From a virus, in IMG/VR virus record IMGVR_UViG_3300042691_030495: DNA of 64,000 nucleotides, one strand, 5' to 3'. The notes beneath the pieces were generated by a model. That model was not told where the DNA came from. It was given only the letters and a program-made list of their open reading frames with translations, and made no database searches. Positions 1 through 9,014 of this stretch are shown piece after piece; position 1 is the first letter of the stretch, and every line of letters starts with the position of its first letter. The position numbers were made by a program, and so were the translations under genes.

Positions 1-222
1 GTTCCAATCAAGGGAGTCAACAAGAATTGGGTGCCAAGCTGTTCCGTCAAACACTGCAGGCTCCTCTTCGCCGTACACATAGACATAGCCCATCTTCTGG
101 CCTTGCTCTTCGAACGGGCTGTCTAGGATTCCGTCTGGGTCTGGCCATAAGCGAACTCCGCGAAGTAGCCCTGCGCGAGGATTGATCTTGGTAGCGGCTT
201 GACTTTTTTCTTCAGTTGTCAT
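1..222 (-). CDS. Hypothetical protein, truncated by the window edge (MTTEEKSQAATKINPRAG...)
   Basis: Minus-strand ATG at 222 preceded by an AGGAG SD; the frame is open to position 1; not in the ORF track. Confidence 0.6.
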   Translation of the reverse strand, partial: MTTEEKSQAATKINPRAGLLRGVRLWPDPDGILDSPFEEQGQKMGYVYVYGEEEPAVFDGTAWHPILVDSLDWN

Positions 223-318
223 ATTATTCTCCTATACTAGAAAGTAGTGAACGTCATTATTACCATAGGAAAAAGTATACATGTCAAACACTGATTTTGC
301 AAAAATAGGGGGTAAGAG

Positions 319-1254
319 GTGAGTTACCTAAACAAAACAATTTTTGTTATGGTCCCTGCTTATAGAGATCCAGTGCTTAGGGAGACTCTTGATTCAATAT
401 TTCAAAATGCCTTGAACCCTGAAAGAGTGTTTGTTGCTATTGGTGCTCAGTACGATAATGAAATTCCAATGCCAGATCTTACGGGGCTTCCTAGTAAAAA
501 CCTAAGATTGTTGACTATACACCCTGAAAATAGGCCAGGGGTATACAGGCTTAGAAGCATCCTTAATAAGTTGTATGCTGGCGAAGACTACTATCTATCT
601 ATAGATTCTCACACCTTTTTGGCGGAAGGCTGGGACGAAGAGTTAATCCGCAGCTTAGAGTCATTCAATGACAAGAAGACAGTACTACAGGCTTACGAGC
701 CTGGCTCAATTTTGCACAAGAATGGCACCATGAAGTATATTCACTATCAGATGTCTGTCAGCTTAGATAATGAAGTAAATATCCCGAGGCTTGTTATGAA
801 AGATTTAATATACAAAGACTTATTAGAGACTGAAGAGATGCCTGTTTCAGACTATGTTCAAGCTGGAATGATATTCACTAGAGGAACCTTTGCAGATGAG
901 ATTAGATGGGGCGAACTCTGGCAAAATGACCAAGAAGAGCCGTTCCTATCTTTTGAAATGTTTATGCTGGGTTGGACCTCGAGGTTGATGGTGACGCAGA
1001 AAGTTATTAATCATGAACCAGATAGGTATTATGAAACGGTCTACAGTAGTGAGCCGGAGAGCCACAATAGGAATTTTCGTGATAGTTGGGGCATCCAGAA
1101 AGATGATTTGTCTGTAGTGTGCCCCAAGATTTTTGCAGCTATGATTAGTAATTCTGGTCCTTTTAAAGTGTTAAAGGCCATTAAATCTCCTCGAGACTGG
1201 TGGCACTCAATTGGTCTTGAAGACGAGTATGAGAAATATAAAGATCTTTTTTAA
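319..1254 (+). CDS. GT-A glycosyltransferase resembling the GT60/GlcNAc family ([Skp1]-hydroxyproline GlcNAc-transferase-like)
   Basis: IFVMVPAYRDP...SIFQNALNPERVF, YYLSIDSHTF..GWD, AGMIF and EE motifs match the family pattern. Confidence 0.75.
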   Translation: MSYLNKTIFVMVPAYRDPVLRETLDSIFQNALNPERVFVAIGAQYDNEIPMPDLTGLPSKNLRLLTIHPENRPGVYRLRSILNKLYAGEDYYLSIDSHTFLAEGWDEELIRSLESFNDKKTVLQAYEPGSILHKNGTMKYIHYQMSVSLDNEVNIPRLVMKDLIYKDLLETEEMPVSDYVQAGMIFTRGTFADEIRWGELWQNDQEEPFLSFEMFMLGWTSRLMVTQKVINHEPDRYYETVYSSEPESHNRNFRDSWGIQKDDLSVVCPKIFAAMISNSGPFKVLKAIKSPRDWWHSIGLEDEYEKYKDLF

Positions 1255-1287
1255 AAGTTTTAGGATAATGTGTATGTTATAAGAAAA

Positions 1288-1361
1288 CGAGACTTAGCTC
1301 AGCTGGTTAGAGCAAACGGCTCATAACCGTTCGGTCGTCGGTTCAAGTCCGACAGTCTCGA
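1288..1361 (+). tRNA. tRNA with CAT anticodon (elongator Met or Ile2)
   Basis: Acceptor CGAGACT/AGTCTCG, D arm TAGCTCAGCTGGTTAGAGC, anticodon arm AACGG-CTCATAA-CCGTT, T arm GTCGG-TTCAAGT-CCGAC; no initiator hallmarks. Confidence 0.92.
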
Positions 1362-1379
1362 CAGAAAGGAAAAGAAAAA

Positions 1380-1889
1380 ATGACAGCACTAAATTTAACT
1401 CCCGAAGCTTTAGCCAGGTTTTGGGCAAAGGTAGATATAAAAGATGAAAAGTCATGCTGGCTTTGGACTAGAGCGGTAAATAGTAAGGGCTATGGTTCTT
1501 TTGCTATAAACGGTAAAGGAGTTTCTGCTCACAAGATATCTTGGGCTTTAGCTAAAAATGATGGAATTTTGTCTGGTCCTAAAGATCACGTTATGCACTC
1601 CTGTGATATTAGATCCTGCGTCAACCCAAACCACTTAAGTCTAGGCAGTGCTCGTGATAATGCTAGAGATGCAATAAGCAAAGGCCGAAATGTAGTGAGA
1701 ATTCCTAGTAAGGATCCGTACTGCAAAAAAGGCCACCCTAGAACTCCTGAGAACACCCACCCCAAGAAGCACACCTGTCTTGTTTGCGAACGAGACTCTA
1801 ACAGAGAATCAAAAAGAAGAGAGCGCGAGAGAGATAGACCGGCTTACAACAAGAAGCACAGAGAGTACTATCAGAGGACTAAGAAGTAG
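1380..1889 (+). CDS. HNH homing endonuclease (HNH_3 type) with C-terminal Cys/His zinc-binding region
   Basis: RFWAKVD...CWLWT...AHKISW...VMHSCDIRSCVNPNHL..G...DN motif. Confidence 0.85.
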   Translation: MTALNLTPEALARFWAKVDIKDEKSCWLWTRAVNSKGYGSFAINGKGVSAHKISWALAKNDGILSGPKDHVMHSCDIRSCVNPNHLSLGSARDNARDAISKGRNVVRIPSKDPYCKKGHPRTPENTHPKKHTCLVCERDSNRESKRRERERDRPAYNKKHREYYQRTKK

Positions 1890-1894
1890 AAATT

Positions 1895-2161
1895 ATGATT
1901 GAAAGAGGTAACATACGTCAGGTAGCTGAAGCTATAGGAATGTCCCCCCATACGCTGTACTCGTGGAGACGAATTGGTTTCCTAGAGATGGGAGCTGACG
2001 GCCAAGTTGAGGTTGCCCACGCTCTTAAGATTAAAGCTTTTATGAAAAAGTGGAAGCGAAGCAACAATCAAAATGACAGGATGCCAGCCCTGTTTAGGGG
2101 CGGAATTAGTAACTATCATGAGTCAGTTATAACAAGAATTAAAAAAGATTTAAGACCCTAA
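1895..2161 (+). CDS. Small HTH DNA-binding protein (MerR/excisionase-like)
   Basis: IRQVAEAIGMSPHTLYSWRRIG. Confidence 0.6.
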   Translation: MIERGNIRQVAEAIGMSPHTLYSWRRIGFLEMGADGQVEVAHALKIKAFMKKWKRSNNQNDRMPALFRGGISNYHESVITRIKKDLRP

Positions 2162-2214
2162 GCAGGGCTAAAGCTAGCGGTCTAGACTTCACGGTATGTG
2201 ATTACAATTAACTT

Positions 2215-3540
2215 ATGCTAAATTACCAGTTGACTAGTTCCCGCTCTTGGCGAACCATTAAGGGTGCTGCTGCCACCCTAAGGACGTATCAGGTGCAAGA
2301 TGGAAGCATTCCTGATGTTTCTAAACATGATGCCTGTCTAATCGCGGTAAAAGAGCTGGCTAACGAGCTACGTAATATCTCTAGAGAGCTTACGCACGAC
2401 CGGGAGTATCTTCTAGCCTGCGCTTCTGACTTTGAAGACTGGGCCGACTCTGGCTTTGAGACCCCTGACTTTTATGAGTCTTTGTCTAAGTTTAAGCCAG
2501 AACAAAACAGAGCCAACAATGTTTTGCACATAGTGGTGTTTCCCACTTATACACAGAACGGCTCTAATAATCGATATGTAGAGGCTGTGGCGTTTGAGGT
2601 TATTTGGCCAGACTTTATTGCTCGGGTAGAAAAAAGTTATACAAACCCTGCATTTATTCCTATTAGGTTTTTAAGCTTTAGCTCAGGGTATTTAACAAAC
2701 TCGGCCGTTCTGTTCCCCGAGTCGGTTGCAACTAAGTCTGCCCCTAAGTTTACTTGGGGCGGAATTTTCGCTGACAGGGAGGCCGCTAGATTAAGAAGAG
2801 TGGCACTATCCGCGAGTGAGATAACAAACCTTGATCTTCCTCTAGAGGCTAAGAGCTTACTAACAAACAGGGAGTTAGCAGAGCATACTTTTGTTTTGTG
2901 GGACTTGATTCATGACCGCGCTCATATGCGAGGCAATCTGCCCTTTGATCCTTTTATGATTAAGCAGCGCATGCCTTTCTTTTTGTATGCGCTCGAGGAG
3001 CTCCGCTGTGATCTAACAGCATTTAGAGAGTGTGTTGCGATTGTCAATGATGTGGATGCAGATCCGGAAGCTAGAAAGCATGCTCGGTTAGTTCAATATG
3101 CTGTCTTGTTTGACCGCATCTTTAGGTTTCCACTGACTAATGGCAGGGAGCGAAACTATGACTCCGTGGCTGGTCAACTGCTTTTTGCATACTTACACCA
3201 GAACAAAGTTATTCACTGGGTGGACACTAAGCTGACCATAGACTGGGAGAGACTTGCTGACTCGGTTATACGCCTTTCTGATGATATAAACGAGCTTTAC
3301 TTTAACTCGATTGATCGACCTAGAACCGTGCACTGGCTGGCAGCATATGATTTGGTATCTAAATGGCTGCCGCCGCATCCTGCGTCTAAGTGGGCCACTA
3401 AGGACTTACCCCTTACTGGAACGCCTGGTGATCTTACTGACCAAGTTATGGAAGACGAGTTTCCGCTCTCTATGTTCTATGAAGCACTATCTAAAAAGTT
3501 GTCCCCTGTGGTGCAGTCGGCAGTGGGGATTATTATTTAA
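2215..3540 (+). CDS. DUF6421-family protein (conserved actinobacterial protein, probable metal-binding enzyme)
   Basis: HIVVFPTYTQNG, FTWGGIFADREAAR, WDLIHDRAHMRGNLPFDPFMIKQRMPFFLYALEELRCDLTAF. Confidence 0.75.
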   Translation: MLNYQLTSSRSWRTIKGAAATLRTYQVQDGSIPDVSKHDACLIAVKELANELRNISRELTHDREYLLACASDFEDWADSGFETPDFYESLSKFKPEQNRANNVLHIVVFPTYTQNGSNNRYVEAVAFEVIWPDFIARVEKSYTNPAFIPIRFLSFSSGYLTNSAVLFPESVATKSAPKFTWGGIFADREAARLRRVALSASEITNLDLPLEAKSLLTNRELAEHTFVLWDLIHDRAHMRGNLPFDPFMIKQRMPFFLYALEELRCDLTAFRECVAIVNDVDADPEARKHARLVQYAVLFDRIFRFPLTNGRERNYDSVAGQLLFAYLHQNKVIHWVDTKLTIDWERLADSVIRLSDDINELYFNSIDRPRTVHWLAAYDLVSKWLPPHPASKWATKDLPLTGTPGDLTDQVMEDEFPLSMFYEALSKKLSPVVQSAVGIII

Positions 3541-3609
3541 CTTGCCAAAGTGGGGTAACCTGTGATACAGTGTTTTTGCGTTAAAAACAAATATAGATAG
3601 GAGACGCAA

Positions 3610-3957
3610 ATGAAACAAAAATCTGCACTTAGGCTCTCGGAAGAGACTTTATCATATGAGAATGCTTGGAGATACGGAAAGTATTTTTATATAGCTACCT
3701 TGACTGACGGAAGGGATGTCGGGTTTTCTGCTGACAAAGTTCTAGTTACCGACACAGGGGACCTGTTAGCTATGTCCACATCCTTTGCAAGAGATAGAGG
3801 AGACGGCACTGGCAAATTTGATCGCGAAGAAACAGAGGCTAGAACTACTGTTTGCCTAGCAAAAGGTCAGTGGGTCTCTTTCTATGCAGCTAGTGCCTTA
3901 ACCGGAGATCCAGTCGGCCTTGATTGGGTTGAGGGGTATGTAGCTAAAAAGTCTTAG
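3610..3957 (+). CDS. Hypothetical protein
   Basis: ORF with AGGAG SD. Confidence 0.6.
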   Translation: MKQKSALRLSEETLSYENAWRYGKYFYIATLTDGRDVGFSADKVLVTDTGDLLAMSTSFARDRGDGTGKFDREETEARTTVCLAKGQWVSFYAASALTGDPVGLDWVEGYVAKKS

Positions 3958-3968
3958 TAATTAAGACA

Positions 3969-4041
3969 CCCCGTGTACTCCAATGGCAGAGAGAGCCGAC
4001 TTAAAATCGGTACAGTATCGGTTCGAGTCCGATGGCGGGGA
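3969..4041 (+). tRNA. tRNA-Leu(TAA), short variable loop
   Basis: Acceptor CCCCGTG/GGCGGGG (one mismatch), anticodon arm GCCGA-CTTAAAA-TCGGT, T arm ATCGG-TTCGAGT-CCGAT, discriminator A. Confidence 0.85.
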
Positions 4042-4055
4042 CATAATTCAGAATC

Positions 4056-4658
4056 TTAAACGATGTCATCTTCTTTTTTAAAGACAAATACGATTGCACT
4101 TCTTGGGGTATTTGGAAATACTTCATGAGACGTACCAGATGGTACAAAGATTACATCCCCTGGATTTAGTTCATAGTCAGTGTATTCTTTTGAGTCTCCG
4201 ACGTAGATTCTCCATGTGACGGATCCTACGCATTGTGTGTAGACATTATCAGTATCGTCTTCGTGTCTCTCGACTTTCTTTTCTGAGCTACTTAAGCTAA
4301 TAATTGCAAGGGACCCGCTTGGTTCTTTATTAAAAGTAGAGACAAGATCTGACTTTATTTCTTCAAGCCCTGGGAAAAAGTCTTCTTGTGGTCTATCTAT
4401 AAGGATTGTCATATAGCCCCAGAAAGCAACTAGACCTTTTCTAAATTGACTATTATCGTCGCCTTCTTCCATCTCCTCTTGTCTTGATTTAGGCATTGGT
4501 TGCTGCGAGCCAAAGTCAATAAAGTTGATAAAATAGTCCCATTTGTCTGGGAAATTAGAGTAGTGTTTTGGGAAAACTGTGACAGTTCTATTTCTTATAG
4601 ACTCTTTTAAAAGATTTTTGTTATGCTTTTCGCTGAACATATGGTAATTATATATCAT
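4056..4658 (-). CDS. JmjC/cupin 2OG-dependent oxygenase
   Basis: HEDDTD (HxD)...GSVTWRIY...LNPGDVIFVPSGTSHEV. Confidence 0.75.
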   Translation of the reverse strand: MIYNYHMFSEKHNKNLLKESIRNRTVTVFPKHYSNFPDKWDYFINFIDFGSQQPMPKSRQEEMEEGDDNSQFRKGLVAFWGYMTILIDRPQEDFFPGLEEIKSDLVSTFNKEPSGSLAIISLSSSEKKVERHEDDTDNVYTQCVGSVTWRIYVGDSKEYTDYELNPGDVIFVPSGTSHEVFPNTPRSAIVFVFKKEDDIV

Positions 4659-4697
4659 AAGGTCCCTAAGTGTGGGGCTGTGTTATGATATGGGAAT

Positions 4698-4898
4698 ATG
4701 GTAAGTAAAAAACGTTCGCTGGCTAAGTCTCTGACTTGGCGCGTAATTGCAGTTGTTAGCACCCTGTTGATTGGCTATGCCATGACCGGGAGCTGGGCTT
4801 TCGCGGTGTCGCTGACTGTTGTGTCGAACGTAATTAACTTTGTGCTGTACTACATACACGAGCGTGTGTGGCTGGGTGTGGACTGGGGTAGGAGCTGA
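4698..4898 (+). CDS. DUF2061-family small membrane protein
   Basis: KRSLAKSLTWR...YYIHERVW..V.WG signature. Confidence 0.75.
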   Translation: MVSKKRSLAKSLTWRVIAVVSTLLIGYAMTGSWAFAVSLTVVSNVINFVLYYIHERVWLGVDWGRS

Positions 4899-4899
4899 G

Positions 4900-5067
4900 A
4901 TGTCTGAACGTGAAAATATAAACGCCACTACTGTTGCAGACGAAGCAGCAGAGAAGAAAGTCCTATTTGGATGGTGTATGGATGGAAATGATGAGGAGTG
5001 TATAGTGGAGTTTCCTAGGCACAGGTGCTCGTGTGAGTGTCACCAGGGAGTGCAACATGAGGGCTAA
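4900..5067 (+). CDS. Small Cys-rich hypothetical protein
   Basis: ATG at 4900 after GGAG; GWC...C...CSCECH. Confidence 0.5.
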   Translation: MSERENINATTVADEAAEKKVLFGWCMDGNDEECIVEFPRHRCSCECHQGVQHEG

Positions 5068-6043
5068 ACATGATGTAGAAGCTCATGCTGGTACTTGGCA
5101 TAGCGAGACAAAGCTCTTAAGAAGAAATGGCCACAGTGCAAATCGATTTAGAGTGGAAGACTTTAATACCAGTAAAGTGGGCTCCAACTCTGTTAAGTTT
5201 TTGGTTTCTAACAAAAGAAAAATTGTTTTTGACAATACTGATTCGTATGGCCACATACTAATGTTTTGGGTCGATATGGCCATAAAAGAAATGTCTTTAA
5301 CTAAAGAAAAGCTCATTTTTGTTTTTGCCCAAAGCGCTGACCATAGGGAACGAATTTTAGAAGGATCTGAAAGTCTCACAAAGTACTTAGTCAAGAGGTT
5401 CACTGATCTAGGTCATGAAGTCGAGTTTATAGATGATGGTGGGGTTGTCATAAATAACTTTGTCTTATACAAAATGTGGCATCACATTGCCCCGGATAAC
5501 GGTTCTAGGGTTGGTGCTTTCTTGTCTAGCGGTCTTGACTACTCTAAACCTCCTAGTAAAAAAATCTATTTAAGTAGGGGTAAGACTACAACTTATATTG
5601 GTAACAAACATATGATGATCCCTCTGTCTGAGACGACAACATCGATTGGCATGAGTAAGTATAGAGACGAAAACAAATATAAATTCACTGACAGAATAGA
5701 TGATGAAGAGCAAGTAGAAGCTTACTTTAAAAGTCTTGGATTTGAAATTGTATACCCAGAGGACATAGAGTCTTTTGCTGATCAGCTGCAGCTAATAGCG
5801 TCAGCTAAACTTTTAGCCTCTGTTACTAGCTCTTCATTAATTGCCTCTGTAGTTATGGCACCAAATACTTGCATAGTAGAGCTTTCTACCCCGTTGGAGG
5901 ATAGCAGGATCCACTCCCACTACAAAGTCTTGTCCGAAGTAAATAGAAAAAACTATCTTTCAATTTCTAATTCTAGAGTTGCTTCCGAAGTAATTAACTC
6001 TATAGAAACAAATTTAGCTGTTAAAAGCTTTCTATTGAGTTAA
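5057..6043 (+). CDS. Glycosyltransferase family 61 (DUF563)-like
   Basis: YGH, KKIYLSRG, RI.DEEQVE.YF...GFEIVYPE...DQ motifs; start chosen at ATG 5057. Confidence 0.75.
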   Translation: MRAKHDVEAHAGTWHSETKLLRRNGHSANRFRVEDFNTSKVGSNSVKFLVSNKRKIVFDNTDSYGHILMFWVDMAIKEMSLTKEKLIFVFAQSADHRERILEGSESLTKYLVKRFTDLGHEVEFIDDGGVVINNFVLYKMWHHIAPDNGSRVGAFLSSGLDYSKPPSKKIYLSRGKTTTYIGNKHMMIPLSETTTSIGMSKYRDENKYKFTDRIDDEEQVEAYFKSLGFEIVYPEDIESFADQLQLIASAKLLASVTSSSLIASVVMAPNTCIVELSTPLEDSRIHSHYKVLSEVNRKNYLSISNSRVASEVINSIETNLAVKSFLLS

Positions 6044-6594
6044 GAAAGAACGTCGTAGAAGAAAACTAGAAGAACTCTACGTGTTCCTTTTGTAATCTCT
6101 GCAACTCCGTGCGAAACATAATAGCCAGGGAAGACAACCATGTCTCCAGCTTTTGCTTTTACAGAAGTGTTCTGATCTGGGAACACAAGTTCCCCGCCTT
6201 CATAGTCATCGTTTAGAATAAGACTGCAAACGTGAGACCGCTTCATTCCATCAAATATGCCATCGTTGTTTGCGTCTTCATCCCTGTGTGCAGGTAGAAC
6301 TGCCCCCTCAAACATGGTGACACCAAACATCCGATTAAACGTTAGTGTCCCCAGCATGTCATATTTATCTAAAAAGTAGTCTTTTACAATATTCAAAACT
6401 TTAAGTAAGATTTTGTTTGGATCCATAGATATAGGATAGTTTTCTGGAACCTCTACTGAAAAACTTTCTATAAGTCCAGACCCCTCAAATAAAGGCTTCG
6501 GGTCGTAGCCAGAATTTTTTATTACCATCTCGTTAAGCTGGCGTAGCTCGTCTGCAGAGATGTTCCCCTCTAGCACTTCGTAGGTGGGTTCCAT
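6040..6594 (-). CDS. 2OG-Fe(II) oxygenase, prolyl-4-hydroxylase-like
   Basis: HRD...LNDDYEGGELVFP...GDMVVFP...HGV...G.R; AGGAG SD before ATG 6594. Confidence 0.85.
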   Translation of the reverse strand: MEPTYEVLEGNISADELRQLNEMVIKNSGYDPKPLFEGSGLIESFSVEVPENYPISMDPNKILLKVLNIVKDYFLDKYDMLGTLTFNRMFGVTMFEGAVLPAHRDEDANNDGIFDGMKRSHVCSLILNDDYEGGELVFPDQNTSVKAKAGDMVVFPGYYVSHGVAEITKGTRRVLLVFFYDVLS

Positions 6595-6663
6595 ATTTAA
6601 GTCTCCTAGTTTCACGTAGTATTAGACTATATTACCGGAACGCAAGCTGAGGAGATTTTCCCT

Positions 6664-7395
6664 ATGACAAACGTAGTTATTCCCATGGCCGGGGGTGGCA
6701 GTCGGTTTTCCGATGCTGGCTACGAATTGCCTAAACCTTTGATTGATGTAACCGGGCTTCCTATGGTTCAGAAGGCAGTCTGGAGCATGGGCATCGGCGC
6801 TCGCTATGTCTATGTAGTGCAGGCCGAACACAATAAAAAGTACAACCTTACTGAGCTCCTCCCAGCGATGACTCCGTCTTTAGAAGTTATTGTGCTTGAA
6901 GTAGATGAGATTACAGAGGGGGCGGCAGCTACTGTACTAGTTGCAAAAGACTACATAGACAACGATGACTTGTTAGTAATCTGTAACGCAGATCAAATTG
7001 TAGAGTGGGTGCCAAATGATTTCCTCAAAGATGCTGGGGAGAATAGAAACTTAGATGGAAGTATTGCTACTTTTACAGCCGAGGGTGACCAGTGGTCTTA
7101 TGCTAAAACAGACGAGAGTGGTCATGTAGTCGAGGTGGCTGAAAAGAATCCAATTAGTGACCAGGCCACTGTTGGGATTTATTATTGGAGATATGGCTCA
7201 GATTTTGTCAAGTACGCAGAGCAAATGATTAAAAAGGACATTAGAGTCAACGGTGAGTTTTATGTGACTCCGGTATATAACGAGGCAATTCTTGATGGAA
7301 AATCTGTAGGTGTCTACCCTGTGGACAAGATGATACCTCTAGGGACTCCTGAGGACTTAAAGTTGTACTTGGATTCACTGACAGATAGTCTATAA
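6664..7395 (+). CDS. Sugar-phosphate nucleotidyltransferase / GT-A fold protein
   Basis: VVIPMAGGGSRF...LPKPLIDV, NADQ, EK..IS..ATVGIYY, EFYV.PVYN, LGTPEDL. Confidence 0.85.
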   Translation: MTNVVIPMAGGGSRFSDAGYELPKPLIDVTGLPMVQKAVWSMGIGARYVYVVQAEHNKKYNLTELLPAMTPSLEVIVLEVDEITEGAAATVLVAKDYIDNDDLLVICNADQIVEWVPNDFLKDAGENRNLDGSIATFTAEGDQWSYAKTDESGHVVEVAEKNPISDQATVGIYYWRYGSDFVKYAEQMIKKDIRVNGEFYVTPVYNEAILDGKSVGVYPVDKMIPLGTPEDLKLYLDSLTDSL

Positions 7396-7403
7396 TTAAA
7401 CAT

Positions 7404-8048
7404 ATGAAAGACGCATCTTTAGCTTTAGACGACTTCTCGAATGCTGGATTAACCGCTAGTGAGATATACCCTGGCATATTCGTAGTAAAAGATTTTCTGA
7501 CTGATCATGAGATCGAAACTTTAACCAATCAGTTCTCGAGCATGAGCGAGGATGATTGGAGTGTTCAGTACACTCAAAGTCTTTACGAGTTTATTAAGAA
7601 TCAATATGGTGTAGACACTATTGAAGAGGCCCAGGAGCTAGGTCATCCTGTTAAAATAGATTCGAATTGGGTTGATAAAAACGCCCTTATTAAAGATGAA
7701 ACTGTCTGCAACAGTATTAATACTAGGCTTGGTAAAATCTTTGAAAACTTAAAAGATCTAGAGCTACAGGGCGCTGGATCTATTCAAAGGCAGTATGAGG
7801 GTATCGACCTTGGGTATCACGTAGACAGCTTGTCTAATCCTCTTGTGGCCTACGCTGCTGTCATGTACGTTAATGGAGACTTCAATGGCGGGGAGTTGCA
7901 CTTTCCTACTATTGATGTGCTGTTTAAACCAGAAGCTGGTAACTTAATAGTCTTCCCTTCGGCTGACGAATACCTACATGGAGTTACTCCAGTAGAAGCT
8001 GGACCTGTTAGGTATGCGCTTCCAGCTTTTGTAAACAAAAAAGTGTAG
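7404..8048 (+). CDS. 2OG-Fe(II) oxygenase, prolyl-4-hydroxylase-like
   Basis: HVD...YVNGDFNGGELHFP...GNLIVFP...HGV.....R. Confidence 0.85.
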   Translation: MKDASLALDDFSNAGLTASEIYPGIFVVKDFLTDHEIETLTNQFSSMSEDDWSVQYTQSLYEFIKNQYGVDTIEEAQELGHPVKIDSNWVDKNALIKDETVCNSINTRLGKIFENLKDLELQGAGSIQRQYEGIDLGYHVDSLSNPLVAYAAVMYVNGDFNGGELHFPTIDVLFKPEAGNLIVFPSADEYLHGVTPVEAGPVRYALPAFVNKKV

Positions 8049-8057
8049 GGATAAAAT

Positions 8058-8987
8058 ATGAGTATTGGGGTTAATGAGCACCCAACCTATGGGTTTGCCG
8101 ACAGTCACCTAGGGGAAAATATTAAGTATATCCACATGACCCGGCAGTCGATAGTAGTTTCTGATTATGGTGGGCAAGATGTAAGTCAAAGCTATATATC
8201 TAAAAAAAGAAAAGTATTTCTTCCGGGAGATGTTACGTATGGTCATTTAATTTCGGAAGTACTGGGTTGCGCCATATATGAAATTGACACTTCGCCTGAA
8301 AAGATTCATTTTATATTTAGCGCTGGTCCAGAAAGCATTCCCGCACTAAGAAATAACACGGGGACCCTTCTTGAATTCTTCTCTAGAAAACTGAAAAGCT
8401 TGGGACATGATATTACCTTTACTCCTCAAGTTGAGCAGGTAAATACCGGTGCTGTTGCAAACAACTTTGTGGTTCACTGCAAGAGCATTGCTAGTTCTCC
8501 GTATACTTTAAAAAGAGTTAGAGATGTATTTTTAAGTGAAATAGAGCAGAAAACTCCTTCTGAAAAAATATACCTGAGTAGGGGTAAGACGCTCTTAAGT
8601 AGCACGTTCGGAGATCGCATCTCTCAAGAAGAAGTTTTAGAGGACTACATGCGCACTCTTGGTTTTACTGTTATATACCCTGAAGACCTTGAAACTTATG
8701 ATCAGCAGTTGGAAATTATAACGTCTGCCAAAGTCCTTGCTTCTGTAACCAGCTCATCTTTGCTGGCCTCTATTTTTATGCATCCTGGATCTACTGTCGT
8801 GGAGTTTGCTGTTGAACTATTTCATGGGGACCCAGCGGTAACTCCTGGTATGGTTCAAACATTGTATTATGAGATCTCAAAAGCTTTTGATTTAAACCAT
8901 GTCTCAATAAGTAGCGATGGAAGCTCGTCTAATTTACTAGAGATTATTGAGTCAAATTCAGGGCTAAAATCACTTCTATCGGGTTGA
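8058..8987 (+). CDS. Glycosyltransferase family 61 (DUF563)-like
   Basis: YGH, KIYLSRG, GFTVIYPE...QQ; paralog of 5057-6043. Confidence 0.75.
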   Translation: MSIGVNEHPTYGFADSHLGENIKYIHMTRQSIVVSDYGGQDVSQSYISKKRKVFLPGDVTYGHLISEVLGCAIYEIDTSPEKIHFIFSAGPESIPALRNNTGTLLEFFSRKLKSLGHDITFTPQVEQVNTGAVANNFVVHCKSIASSPYTLKRVRDVFLSEIEQKTPSEKIYLSRGKTLLSSTFGDRISQEEVLEDYMRTLGFTVIYPEDLETYDQQLEIITSAKVLASVTSSSLLASIFMHPGSTVVEFAVELFHGDPAVTPGMVQTLYYEISKAFDLNHVSISSDGSSSNLLEIIESNSGLKSLLSG

Positions 8988-9014
8988 GCCCGGGGATGGC
9001 CTATACTTAGTTAT

